Source of the DNA: Eledone cirrhosa
Taxonomy: Eukaryota
Length of the DNA: 64,000 bases
NCBI GenBank assembly: GCA_964016885.1
Contig: OZ024742.1
Location: forward strand, 992,001-1,056,000
Reading direction: 5' to 3'
Each line of letters starts with the position of its first letter. The first letter of the stretch is position 1. The position numbers and the translations under genes were made by a program. The notes below the pieces were generated by a model. The model ran no database searches. It was not told the DNA's origin and saw only the letters and a list, made by a program, of their open reading frames with translations. Shown here piece by piece: positions 1-15,000 of this stretch.

Positions 1-95
1 CTCCCACCAGTCATAGCTACTCCCACCAGTGACAGCTACTCCCACCAGTCATAGCTACTCCCACCAGTGACAGATACTCCCACCAGTCACAGCTA
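1..95. repeat. 19-bp minisatellite (CTCCCACCAGT[CAT/GAC]AGCTA), 5 copies, truncated by the window edge
   Basis: Units start at 1, 20, 39, 58 and 77. CATAG and GACAG variants alternate, giving a 38-bp dimer. Confidence 0.9.
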
Positions 96-3000
96 CAGTC
101 TCACATCTCACTATTTCTCTAACAGTCTCACATCTCACTACTTCTCTAACACAGTCTCACATCTCACTACTTCTCTAACAGTCTCACATCTCACTACTTC
201 TCTAACAGTCTCACATCTCACTACTTCTCTAACACAGTCTCATATCTCACTACTTCTCTAATACAGTCTCACATCTCAATACTACTCTAACACAGTCTCA
301 CATCTCACTACTTCTCTAACACAGTCTCACATCTCACTACTTCTCTAATACAGTCTCACATCTCACTACTACTCTAACACAGTCTCACATCTCACTACTT
401 CTCTAACACAGTCTCACATCTCACTACTTCTCTAACAGTCTCACATCTCACTACTTCTCTAACACAGTCTCACATCTCACTACTTCTCTAACAGTCTCAC
501 ATCTCACTACTTCTCTAACAGTCTCACATCTCACTACTTCTCTAACACAGTCTCACATCTCACTACTTCTCTACTACAGTCTCACATCTCACTACTTCTC
601 TAACAGTCTCACATCTCACTACTTCTCTAACACAGTCTCACATCTCACTACTTCTCTAACACAGTCTCACATCTTCTCTAATAGTCTCACATCTCACTAC
701 TTCTCTAACAGTCTCACATCTCACTACTTCTCTAACAGTCTCACATCTCACTACTTCTCTAACATAGTCTCACATCTCACTACTTCTCTAATACAGTCTC
801 ACATCTCACTACTTCTCTAACAGTCTCACATCTCACTACTTCTCTAACACAGTCTCACATCTCACTACTTCTCTAATAGTCTCACATCTCACTACTTCTC
901 TAACACAGTCTCACATCTCACTACTTCTCTAACAGTCTCACATCTCACTACTTCTCTAACAGTGTCACATCTCACTGCTTCTCTAACACAGTCTCACATC
1001 TCACTACTTCTCTAACAGTCTCACATCTCACTACTTCTCTAACACAGTCTCACATCTCACTACTTCTCTAACAGTCTCACATCTCACTACTTCTCTAACA
1101 GTCTCACATCTCACTACTTCTCTAACACAGTCTCATATCTCACTACTTCTCTAATACAGTCTCACATCTCAATACTACTCTAACACAGTCTCACATCTCA
1201 CTACTTCTCTAACACAGTCTCACATCTCACTACTTCTCTAATACAGTCTCACATCTCACTCCTACTCTAACACAGTCTCACATCTCACTACTTCTCTAAC
1301 ACAGTCTCACATCTCACTACTTCTCTAACAGTCTCACATCTCACTACTTCTCTAACACAGTCTCACATCTCACTACTTCTCTAACACAGTCTCACATCTC
1401 ACTACTTCTCTAATACAGTCTCACATCTCACTACTTCTCTAACAGTCTCACATCTCACTACTTCTCTAACACAGTCTCACATCTCACTACTTCTCTAACA
1501 GTCTCACATCTCACTACTTCTCTAACAGTCTCACATCTCACTACTTCTCTAACAGTCTCACATCTCACTACTTCTCTAACACAGTCTCACATCTCACTAC
1601 TTCTCTACTACAGTCTCACATCTCACTACTTCTCTAACAGTCTCACATCTCACTACTTCTCTAACACAGTCTCACATCTCACTACTTCTCTAACACAGTC
1701 TCACATCTTCTCTAATAGTCTCACATCTCACTACTTCTCTAACAGTCTCACATCTCACTACTTCTCTAACAGTCTCACATCTCACTACTTCTCTAACAGT
1801 CTCACATCTCACTACTTCTCTAACAGTCTCACATCTCACTACTTCTCTAACACAGTCTCACATCTCACTACTTCTCTAATACAGTCTCACATCTCACTAC
1901 TTCTCTAACACAGTCTCACATCTCACTACTTCTCTAACACAGTCTCACATCTCACTACTTCTCTAATAGTCTCACATCTCACTACTTCTCTAACACGGTC
2001 TCACATCTCACTACTTCTCTAACACAGTCTCACATCTCACTACTTCTCTAACAGTCTCACATCTCACTACTTCTCTAACACAGTCTCACATCTCACTACT
2101 TCTCTAACACAGTCTCACATCTCACTACTTCTCTAACAGTCTCACATCTCACTACTTCTCTAACACAGTCTCACATCTCACTACTTCTCTAATACAGTCT
2201 CACATCTCACTACTTCTCTAACACAGTCTCACATCTCACTACTTCTCTAACACAGTCTCACATCTCACTACTACTCTAATAGTCTCACATCTCACTACTT
2301 CTCTAACAGTGTCACATGTCACTACTTCTCTAACAGTCTCACATCTCACTACTTCTCTAACACAGTCTCACATCTCACTACTTCTCTAACACAGTCTCAC
2401 ATCTCACTACTTCTCTAACACAGTCACACATCTCACTACTTCTCTAACACAGTCTCACATCTCACTACTTCTCTAACACAGTGTCACATCTCACTACTTC
2501 TCTAACACAGTCTCACATCTCACTATTTCTCTAACACAGTCTCACATCTCACTACTTCTCTAATACAGTCTCACATCTCACTACTTCTCTAACACAGTCT
2601 CACATCTCACTACTTCTCTAACACAGTCTCACATCTCACTACTTCTCTAATACAGTCTCACATCTCACTACTACTCTAACACAGTCTCACATCTCACTAC
2701 TTCTCTAATACAGTCTCACATCTCACTAATTCTCTAACAGTCTCACATCTCACTACTTCTCTAACAGTCTCACATCTCACTACTTCTCTAACACAGTCTC
2801 ACATCTCACTACTTCTCTAACAGTCTCACATCTCACTACTTCTCTAACAGTCTCACATCTCACTACTTCTCTAACAGTCTCACATCTCACTACTTCTCTA
2901 ACACAGTCTCACATCTCACTACTTCTCTACTACAGTCTCACATCTCACTACTTCTCTAACAGTCTCACATCTCACTACTTCTCTAACACAGTCTCACATC

Positions 3001-6000
3001 TCACTACTTCTCTAACACAGTCTCACATCTTCTCTAATAGTCTCACATCTCACTACTTCTCTAACAGTCTCACATCTCACTACTTCTCTAACAGTCTCAC
3101 ATCTCACTACTTCTCTAACAGTCTCACATCTCACTACTTCTCTAACAGTCTCACATCTCACTACTTCTCTAACACAGTCTCACATCTCACTACTTCTCTA
3201 ATACAGTCTCACATCTCACTACTTCTCTAACACAGTCTCACATCTCACTACTTCTCTAACACAGTCTCACATCTCACTACTTCTCTAATAGTCTCACATC
3301 TCACTACTTCTCTAACACGGTCTCACATCTCACTACTTCTCTAACACAGTCTCACATCTCACTACTTCTCTAACAGTCTCACATCTCACTACTTCTCTAA
3401 CACAGTCTCACATCTCACTACTTCTCTAACACAGTCTCACATCTCACTACTTCTCTAACAGTCTCACATCTCACTACTTCTCTAACACAGTCTCACATCT
3501 CACTACTTCTCTAATACAGTCTCACATCTCACTACTTCTCTAACACAGTCTCACATCTCACTACTTCTCTAACACAGTCTCACATCTCACTACTACTCTA
3601 ATAGTCTCACATCTCACTACTTCTCTAACAGTGTCACATGTCACTACTTCTCTAACAGTCTCACATCTCACTACTTCTCTAACACAGTCTCACATCTCAC
3701 TACTTCTCTAACACAGTCTCACATCTCACTACTTCTCTAACACAGTCACACATCTCACTACTTCTCTAACACAGTCTCACATCTCACTACTTCTCTAACA
3801 CAGTGTCACATCTCACTACTTCTCTAACACAGTCTCACATCTCACTATTTCTCTAACACAGTCTCACATCTCACTACTTCTCTAATACAGTCTCACATCT
3901 CACTACTTCTCTAACACAGTCTCACATCTCACTACTTCTCTAACACAGTCTCACATCTCACTACTTCTCTAATACAGTCTCACATCTCACTACTACTCTA
4001 ACACAGTCTCACATCTCACTACTTCTCTAATACAGTCTCACATCTCACTAATTCTCTAACAGTCTCACATCTCACTACTTCTCTAACACAGTCTCACATC
4101 TCACTACTTCTCTAACACAGTCTCACATCTCACTACTTCTCTAATAGAGTCTCACATCTCACTACTTCTCTAACAGTCTCACATCTCACTACTTCTCTAA
4201 CACAGTCTCACATTTCACTACTTCTCTAACACAGTCTCACATCTCACTACTTCTCTAATACAGTCTCACATCTCACTAATTCTCTAACAGTCTCACATCT
4301 CACTACTTCTCTAACACAGTCTCACATCTCACTACTTCTCTAACACAGTCTCACATCTCACTACTTCTCTAATACAGTCTCACATCTCACTACTTCTCTA
4401 ACACAGTCTCACATCTCACTACTTCTCTAACACAGTCTCACATCTCACTACTTCTCTAACAGTCTCACATCTCACTACTTCTCTAACACAGTCTCACATC
4501 TCACTACTTCTCTAACACAGTCTCACATCTCACTACTTCTCTAACACAGTCTCACATCTCACTACTTCTCTAATACAGTCTCACATCTCACTACTTCTCT
4601 AACAGTCTCACATCTCACTACTTCTCTAATACAGTCTCACATCTCACTACTTCTCTAACAGTCTCACATATCACTACTTCTCTAACACAGTCTCAGATCT
4701 CACTACATCTCTAACAGTCTCACATCTCACTACTTCTCTAACAGTCTCACATCTCACTACTTCTCTAACAGTCTCACATCTCACTACTACTCTAACACAG
4801 TCTCACATCTCACTACTTCTCTAATACAGTCTCACATCTCACTACTTCTCTAACAGTGTCACATCTCACTACTTCTCTAACAGTGTCACATCTCACTACT
4901 TCTCTAACACAGTCTCACATCTCACTACTTCTCTAACAGTCTCACATCTCACTACTTCTCTAACAGTCTCACATCTCACTACTTCTCTAACACAGTCTCA
5001 CATCTCACTACTTCTCTAACAGTCTCACATCTCACTACTTCTCTAACAGTCTCACATCTCACTACTTCTCTAACAGTCTCACATCTCACTACTTCTCTAA
5101 CACAGTCTCACATCTCACTACTTCTCTAACACAGTCTCACATCTCACTACTTCTCTAACAGTCTCACATCTCACTACTTCTCTAACACAGTCTCACATCT
5201 CACTACTTCTCTAATAGTCTCACATCTCACTACTTCGCTAACACAGTCTCACATCTCACTACTTCTCTAATACAGTCTCACATCTCACTACTTCTCTAAC
5301 AGTCTCACATCTCACTACTTCTCTAACAGTCTCACATCTCACTACTTCTCTAACACAGTCTCACATCTCACTACTTCTCTAACACAGTCTCACATCTCAC
5401 TACTTCTCTAACAGTCTCACATCTCACTACTTCTCTAACACAGTCTCACATCTCACTACTTCTCTAACACAGTCTCACATCTCACTACTTCTCTAACAGT
5501 CTCACATCTCACTACTTCTCTAACACAGTCTCACATCTCACTACTTCTCTAATACAGTCTCACATCTCACTACTTCTCTAACACAGTCTCACATCTCACT
5601 ACTTCTCTAACACAGTCTCACATCTCACTACTACTCTAATAGTCTCACATCTCACTACTACTCTAATAGTCTCACATCTCACTACTTCTCTAACAGTGTC
5701 ACATCTCACTACTTCTCTAACAGTCTCACATCTCACTAATTCTCTAACACAGTCTCACATCTCACTACTTCTCTAACACAGTCTCACATCTCACTACTTC
5801 TCTAACACAGTCACACATCTCACTACTTCTCTAACACAGTCTCACATCTCACTACTTCTCTAACACAGTGTCACATCTCACTACTTCTCTAACACAGTCT
5901 CACATCTCACTATTTCTCTAACAGTCTCACATCTCACTACTTCTCTAATACAGTCTCACATCTCACTACTTCTCTAATACAGTCTCACATCTCACTACTT

Positions 6001-9000
6001 CTCTAACACAGTCTCACATCTCACTACTTCTCTAATACAGTCTCACATCTCACTACTACTCTAATACAGTCTCACATCTCACTACTACTCTAACACAGTC
6101 TCACATCTCACTACTTCTCTAACAGTCTCACATCTCACTACTTCTCTAACAGTGTCACATCTCACTGCTTCTCTAACACAGTCTCACATCTCACTACTTC
6201 TCTAACAGTCTCACATCTCACTACTTCTCTAACACAGTCTCACATCTCACTACTTCTCTAATACAGTCTCACATCTCACTACTTCTCTAACAGTCTCACA
6301 TCTCACTACTTCTCTAACACAGTCTCACATTTCACTACTTCTCTAACACAGTCTCACATCTCACTACTTCTCTAACACAGTCTCACATCTCACTACTTCT
6401 CTAATACAGTCTCACATCTCACTACTTCTCTAACAGTCTCACATCTCACTACTTCTCTAACACAGTCTCACATCTCACTACTTCTCTAACACAGTCTCAC
6501 ATCTCACTACTTCTCTAACAGTCTCACATCTCACTACTTCTCTAATACAGTCTCACATCTCACTACTTCTCTAACAGTCTCACATCTCACTACTTCTCTA
6601 ACAGTCTCACATCTCACTACTTCTCTAACACAGTCTCACATCTCACTACTTCTCTAACAGTCTCACATCTCACTACTTCTCTAACAGTCTCACATCTCAC
6701 TACTTCTCTAACAGTCTCACATCTCACTACTTCTCTAACACAGTCTCACATCTCACTACTTCTCTACTACAGTCTCACATCTCACTACTTCTCTAACAGT
6801 CTCACATCTCACTACTTCTCTAACACAGTCTCACATCTCACTACTTCTCTAACACAGTCTCACATCTTCTCTAATAGTCTCACATCTCACTACTTCTCTA
6901 ACAGTCTCACATCTCACTACTTCTCTAACAGTCTCACATCTCACTACTTCTCTAACAGTCTCACATCTCACTACTTCTCTAACAGTCTCACATCTCACTA
7001 CTTCTCTAACACAGTCTCACATCTCACTACTTCTCTAATACAGTCTCACATCTCACTACTTCTCTAACACAGTCTCACATCTCACTACTTCTCTAACACA
7101 GTCTCACATCTCACTACTTCTCTAATAGTCTCACATCTCACTACTTCTCTAACACGGTCTCACATCTCACTACTTCTCTAACACAGTCTCACATCTCACT
7201 ACTTCTCTAACAGTCTCACATCTCACTACTTCTCTAACACAGTCTCACATCTCACTACTTCTCTAACACAGTCTCACATCTCACTACTTCTCTAACAGTC
7301 TCACATCTCACTACTTCTCTAACACAGTCTCACATCTCACTACTTCTCTAATACAGTCTCACATCTCACTACTTCTCTAACACAGTCTCACATCTCACTA
7401 CTTCTCTAACACAGTCTCACATCTCACTACTACTCTAATAGTCTCACATCTCACTACTTCTCTAACAGTGTCACATGTCACTACTTCTCTAACAGTCTCA
7501 CATCTCACTACTTCTCTAACACAGTCTCACATCTCACTACTTCTCTAACACAGTCTCACATCTCACTACTTCTCTAACACAGTCACACATCTCACTACTT
7601 CTCTAACACAGTCTCACATCTCACTACTTCTCTAACACAGTGTCACATCTCACTACTTCTCTAACACAGTCTCACATCTCACTATTTCTCTAACACAGTC
7701 TCACATCTCACTACTTCTCTAATACAGTCTCACATCTCACTACTTCTCTAACACAGTCTCACATCTCACTACTTCTCTAACACAGTCTCACATCTCACTA
7801 CTTCTCTAATACAGTCTCACATCTCACTACTACTCTAACACAGTCTCACATCTCACTACTTCTCTAATACAGTCTCACATCTCACTAATTCTCTAACAGT
7901 CTCACATCTCACTACTTCTCTAACACAGTCTCACATCTCACTACTTCTCTAACACAGTCTCACATCTCACTACTTCTCTAATACAGTCTCACATCTCACT
8001 ACTTCTCTAACAGTCTCACATCTCACTACTTCTCTAACACAGTCTCACATTTCACTACTTCTCTAACACAGTCTCACATCTCACTACTTCTCTAATACAG
8101 TCTCACATCTCACTAATTCTCTAACAGTCTCACATCTCACTACTTCTCTAACACAGTCTCACATCTCACTACTTCTCTAACACAGTCTCACATCTCACTA
8201 CTTCTCTAATACAGTCTCACATCTCACTACTTCTCTAACACAGTCTCACATCTCACTACTTCTCTAACACAGTCTCACATCTCACTACTTCTCTAACAGT
8301 CTCACATCTCACTACTTCTCTAACACAGTCTCACATCTCACTACTTCTCTAACACAGTCTCACATCTCACTACTTCTCTAACACAGTCTCACATCTCACT
8401 ACTTCTCTAATACAGTCTCACATCTCACTACTTCTCTAACAGTCTCACATCTCACTACTTCTCTAATACAGTCTCACATCTCACTACTTCTCTAACAGTC
8501 TCACATATCACTACTTCTCTAACACAGTCTCAGATCTCACTACATCTCTAACAGTCTCACATCTCACTACTTCTCTAACAGTCTCACATCTCACTACTTC
8601 TCTAACAGTCTCACATCTCACTACTACTCTAACACAGTCTCACATCTCACTACTTCTCTAATACAGTCTCACATCTCACTACTTCTCTAACAGTGTCACA
8701 TCTCACTACTTCTCTAACAGTGTCACATCTCACTACTTCTCTAACACAGTCTCACATCTCACTACTTCTCTAACAGTCTCACATCTCACTACTTCTCTAA
8801 CAGTCTCACATCTCACTACTTCTCTAACACAGTCTCACATCTCACTACTTCTCTAACAGTCTCACATCTCACTACTTCTCTAACAGTCTCACATCTCACT
8901 ACTTCTCTAACAGTCTCACATCTCACTACTTCTCTAACACAGTCTCACATCTCACTACTTCTCTAACACAGTCTCACATCTCACTACTTCTCTAACAGTC

Positions 9001-12000
9001 TCACATCTCACTACTTCTCTAACACAGTCTCACATCTCACTACTTCTCTAATAGTCTCACATCTCACTACTTCGCTAACACAGTCTCACATCTCACTACT
9101 TCTCTAATACAGTCTCACATCTCACTACTTCTCTAACAGTCTCACATCTCACTACTTCTCTAACAGTCTCACATCTCACTACTTCTCTAACACAGTCTCA
9201 CATCTCACTACTTCTCTAACACAGTCTCACATCTCACTACTTCTCTAACAGTCTCACATCTCACTACTTCTCTAACACAGTCTCACATCTCACTACTTCT
9301 CTAACACAGTCTCACATCTCACTACTTCTCTAACAGTCTCACATCTCACTACTTCTCTAACACAGTCTCACATCTCACTACTTCTCTAATACAGTCTCAC
9401 ATCTCACTACTTCTCTAACACAGTCTCACATCTCACTACTTCTCTAACACAGTCTCACATCTCACTACTACTCTAATAGTCTCACATCTCACTACTACTC
9501 TAATAGTCTCACATCTCACTACTTCTCTAACAGTGTCACATCTCACTACTTCTCTAACAGTCTCACATCTCACTAATTCTCTAACACAGTCTCACATCTC
9601 ACTACTTCTCTAACACAGTCTCACATCTCACTACTTCTCTAACACAGTCACACATCTCACTACTTCTCTAACACAGTCTCACATCTCACTACTTCTCTAA
9701 CACAGTGTCACATCTCACTACTTCTCTAACACAGTCTCACATCTCACTATTTCTCTAACAGTCTCACATCTCACTACTTCTCTAATACAGTCTCACATCT
9801 CACTACTTCTCTAATACAGTCTCACATCTCACTACTTCTCTAACACAGTCTCACATCTCACTACTTCTCTAATACAGTCTCACATCTCACTACTACTCTA
9901 ATACAGTCTCACATCTCACTACTACTCTAACACAGTCTCACATCTCACTACTTCTCTAACAGTCTCACATCTCACTACTTCTCTAACAGTGTCACATCTC
10001 ACTGCTTCTCTAACACAGTCTCACATCTCACTACTTCTCTAACAGTCTCACATCTCACTACTTCTCTAACACAGTCTCACATCTCACTACTTCTCTAATA
10101 CAGTCTCACATCTCACTACTTCTCTAACAGTCTCACATCTCACTACTTCTCTAACACAGTCTCACATTTCACTACTTCTCTAACACAGTCTCACATCTCA
10201 CTACTTCTCTAACACAGTCTCACATCTCACTACTTCTCTAATACAGTCTCACATCTCACTACTTCTCTAACAGTCTCACATCTCACTACTTCTCTAACAC
10301 AGTCTCACATCTCACTACTTCTCTAACACAGTCTCACATCTCACTACTTCTCTAAAACAGTCTCACATCTCACTACTTCTCTAACACAGTCTCACATCTC
10401 ACTACTTCTCTAACAGTCTCACATCTCACTACTTCTCTAATACAGTCTCACATCTCACTACTTCTCTAACAGTCTCACATCTCACTACATCTCTAACAGT
10501 CTCACATCTCACTACTACTCTAACACAGTCTCACATCTCACTACTTCTCTAATACAGTCTCACATCTCACTACTTCTCTAATACAGTCTCACATCTCACT
10601 ACTTCTCTGACAGTGTCACATCTCACTACTTCTCTAACAGTGTCACATCTCACTACTTCTCTAACACAGTCTCACATCTCACTACTTCTCTAACAGTCTC
10701 ACATCTCACTACTTCTCTAACACAGTCTCACATCTCACTACTTCTCTAATAGTCTCACATCTCACTACTTCTCTAACACAGTCTCACATCTCACTACTTC
10801 TCTAACAGTCTCACATCTCCCTACTTCTCTAACAGTCTCACATCTCACTACTTCTCTAACACAGTCTCACATCTCACTACTTCTCTAACACAGTCTCACA
10901 TCTCACTACTTCTCTAATACAGTCTCACATCTCACTACTTGTCTCACATCTCACTACTTCTCTAACACAGTCTCACATCTCACTACTTCTCTAATACAGT
11001 CTCACATCTCACTATTTCTCTAACAGTCTCACATCTCACTACTTCTCTAACACAGTCTCACATCTCACTACTTCTCTAATACAGTCTCACATCTCACTAC
11101 TTCTCTAACACAGTCTCACATCTCACTACTTCTCTAACACAGTCTCACATCTCACTACTTCTCAAATAGTCTCACATCTCACTAATTCTCTAACACAGTC
11201 TCACATCTCACTACTTCTCTAATAGTCTCACATCTCACTACTTCTCTAACACAGTGTCACATCTCACTACTTCTCTAACAGTCTCACATCTCACTACTTC
11301 TCTAACACAGTCTCCAATCTCACTACTTCTCTAACACAGTCTCACATCTCACTACTTCTCTAACAGTCTCACATCTCACTACTTCTCTAACACAGTCTCA
11401 CATCTCACTACTTCTCTAACACAGTCTCACATCTCACTACTTCTCTAACACAGTCTCACATCTCACTGCTTCTCTAACACAGTCTCACATCTCACTACTT
11501 CTCTAATAGTCTCACATCTCACTACTTCTCTAACACAGTGTCACATCTCACTACTTCTCTAACAGTCTCACATCTCACTACTTCTCTAACACAGTCTCAC
11601 ATCTCACTACTTCTCTAACACAGTCTCACATCTCACAACTTCTCTAACACACTCTCACATCTCACTACTTCTCTAACATAGTGTCACATCTCACTACTTC
11701 TCTAACACAGTCTCACGTCTCACTACTTCTCTAATACAGTCTCACATCTCACTACTTCTCTAATACAGTCTCAAATCTCACTACTTCTCTAATACAGTCT
11801 CACATCTCACTACTTCTCTAGCAGTCTCACATCTCACTACTTCTCTAACACAGTCTCACATCTCACTACTTCTCTAATACAGTCTCACATCTCACTACTT
11901 CTCTAATACAGTCTCACATCTCACTACTTCTCTAACACAGTCTCACATCTCACTACTTCTCTAATACAGTCTCACATCTCACTTCTCCTCTAACACAGTC

Positions 12001-15000
12001 TCACATCTCACTACTTCTCTAACAGTCTCACATCTCACTACTTCTCTAACACAGTCTCACATCTCACTACTTCTCTAATAGTCTCACATCTCACTACTTC
12101 TCTAACACAGTCTCACATCTCACTACTTCTCTAACAGTCTCACATCTCACTACTTCTCTAACAGTCTCACATCTCACTACTTCTCTAACACAGTCTCACA
12201 TCTCACTACTTCTCTAACACAGTCTCACATCTCACTACTTCTCTAATACAGTCTCACATCTCACTACTTGTCTCACATCTCACTACTTCTCTAACACAGT
12301 CTCACATCTCACTACTTCTCTAATACAGTCTCACATCTCACTATTTCTCTAACAGTCTCACATCTCACTACTTCTCTAACACAGTCTCACATCTCACTAC
12401 TTCTCTAATACAGTCTCACATCTCACTACTTCTCTAACACAGTCTCACATCTCACTACTTCTCTAACACAGTCTCACATCTCACTACTTCTCAAATAGTC
12501 TCACATCTCACTAATTCTCTAACACAGTCTCACATCTCACTACTTCTCTAATAGTCTCACATCTCACTACTTCTCTAACACAGTGTCACATCTCACTACT
12601 TCTCTAACAGTCTCACATCTCACTACTTCTCTAACACAGTCTCACATCTCACTACTTCTCTAACACAGTCTCACATCTCACTACTTCTCTAACAGTCTCA
12701 CATCTCACTACTTCTCTAACACAGTCTCACATCTCACTACTTCTCTAACACAGTCTCACATCTCACTACTTCTCTAACACAGTCTCACATCTCACTGCTT
12801 CTCTAACACAGTCTCACATCTCACTACTTCTCTAATAGTCTCACATCTCACTACTTCTCTAACACAGTGTCACATCTCACTACTTCTCTAACAGTCTCAC
12901 ATCTCACTACTTCTCTAACACAGTCTCACATCTCACTACTTCTCTAACACAGTCTCACATCTCACTACTTCTCTAACACAGTCTCACATCTCACTACTTC
13001 TCTAACACACTCTCACATCTCACTACTTCTCTAACATAGTGTCACATCTCACTACTTCTCTAACACAGTCTCACATCTCACTACTTCTCTAATACAGTCT
13101 CACATCTCACTACTTCTCTAATAGTCTCAAATCTCACTACTTCTCTAATACAGTCTCACATCTCACTACTTCTCTAGCAGTCTCACATCTCACTACTTCT
13201 CTAACACAGTCTCACATCTCACTACTTCTCTAATACAGTCTCACATCTCACTACTTCTCTAACACAGTCTCACATCTCACTACTTCTCTAATACAGTCTC
13301 ACATCTCACTTCTCCTCTAACACAGTCTCACATCTCACTATTTCTCTAACACAGTCTCACATCTCACTACTTCTCTAATACAGTCTCACATCTCACTACT
13401 TCTCTAATACAGTCTCACATCTCACTACTTCTCTAACAGTCTCACATCTCACTACTTCTCTGACACAGTCTCACATCTCATTACTTCTCTAATACAGTCT
13501 CACATCTCACTACTACTCTAACACAGTCTCACATCTCACTACTTCTCTAACACAGTCTCACATCTCACTACTTCTCTAACACAGTCTCACATCTCACTAC
13601 TTCTCTAATACAGTCTCACATCTCACTACTTCTCTAACAGTCTCACATCTCACTACTTCTCTAATACAGTCTCACATCTCACTACTTCTCTAACACAGTC
13701 TCACATCTCAATAATTCTCTAACACAGTCTCACATCTCACTACTTCTCTAACACAGTCTCACATCTCACTACTTCTCTAACAGTCTCACATCTCACTACT
13801 TCTCTAACACAGTCTCACATCTCACTACTTCTCTAACAGTCTCACATCTCACTACTTCTCTAATACAGTCTCACCTCTCACTACTTCTCTAACATTCTCA
13901 CATCTCACTACTTCTCTAATACAGTCTCACATCTCACTACTTCTCTAATACAGTCTCACATCTCACTACTTCTCTAACACAGTCTCACATCTCAATACTT
14001 CTCTAACAGTCTCACATCTCACTACTTCTCTAACAGTCTCACATCTCACTACTTCTCTAACACAGTCTCACATCTCACTACTTCTCTAACAGTCTCACAT
14101 CTCACTACTTCTCTAACACAGTCTCACATCTCACTACTTCTCTAACACAGTCTCACATCTCACTACTTCTCTAACAGTCTCACATCTCACTACTTCTCTA
14201 ACACAGTCTCACATCTCACTACTTCTCTAACAGTCACACATCTCACTACTTCTCTAACACAGTCTCACATCTCACTACTTCTCTAACACAGTGTCACATC
14301 TCACTACTTCTCTAACACAGTCTCACATCTCACTATTTCTCTAACACAGTCTCACATCTCACTACTTCTCTAATACAGTCTCACATCTCACTACTTCTCT
14401 AATACAGTCTCACATCTCACTACTTCTCTAACAGTCTCACATCTCACTACTTCTCTAACACAGTCTCACATCTCACTACTTCTCTAATACAGTCTCACAT
14501 CTCACTACTACTCTAACACAGTCTCACATCTCACTACTTCTCTAACACAGTCTCACATCTCACTACTTCTCTAACAGTGTCACATCTCACTGCTTCTCTA
14601 ACACAGTCTCACATCTCACTACTTCTCTAACAGTCTCACATCTCACTACTTCTCTAACAGTGTCACATCTCACTACTTCTCTAATACAGTCTCACATCTC
14701 ACTACTTCTCTAACAGTCTCACATCTCACTACTTCTCTAATACAGTCTCACATCTCACTACTTCTCTAACAGTCTCACATCTCACTACTTCTCTAATACA
14801 GTCTCACATCTCACTACTTCTCTAATACAGTCTCACATCTCACTACTTCTCTAATACAGTCACACATCTCACTACTTCTCTAATACAGTCTCATATCTCA
14901 CTACTTCTCTAACACAGTCTCACATCTCACTACTTCTCTAACACAGTCTCACATCTCACTACTTCTCTAATACAGTCTCACATCTCACTACTTCTCTAAC

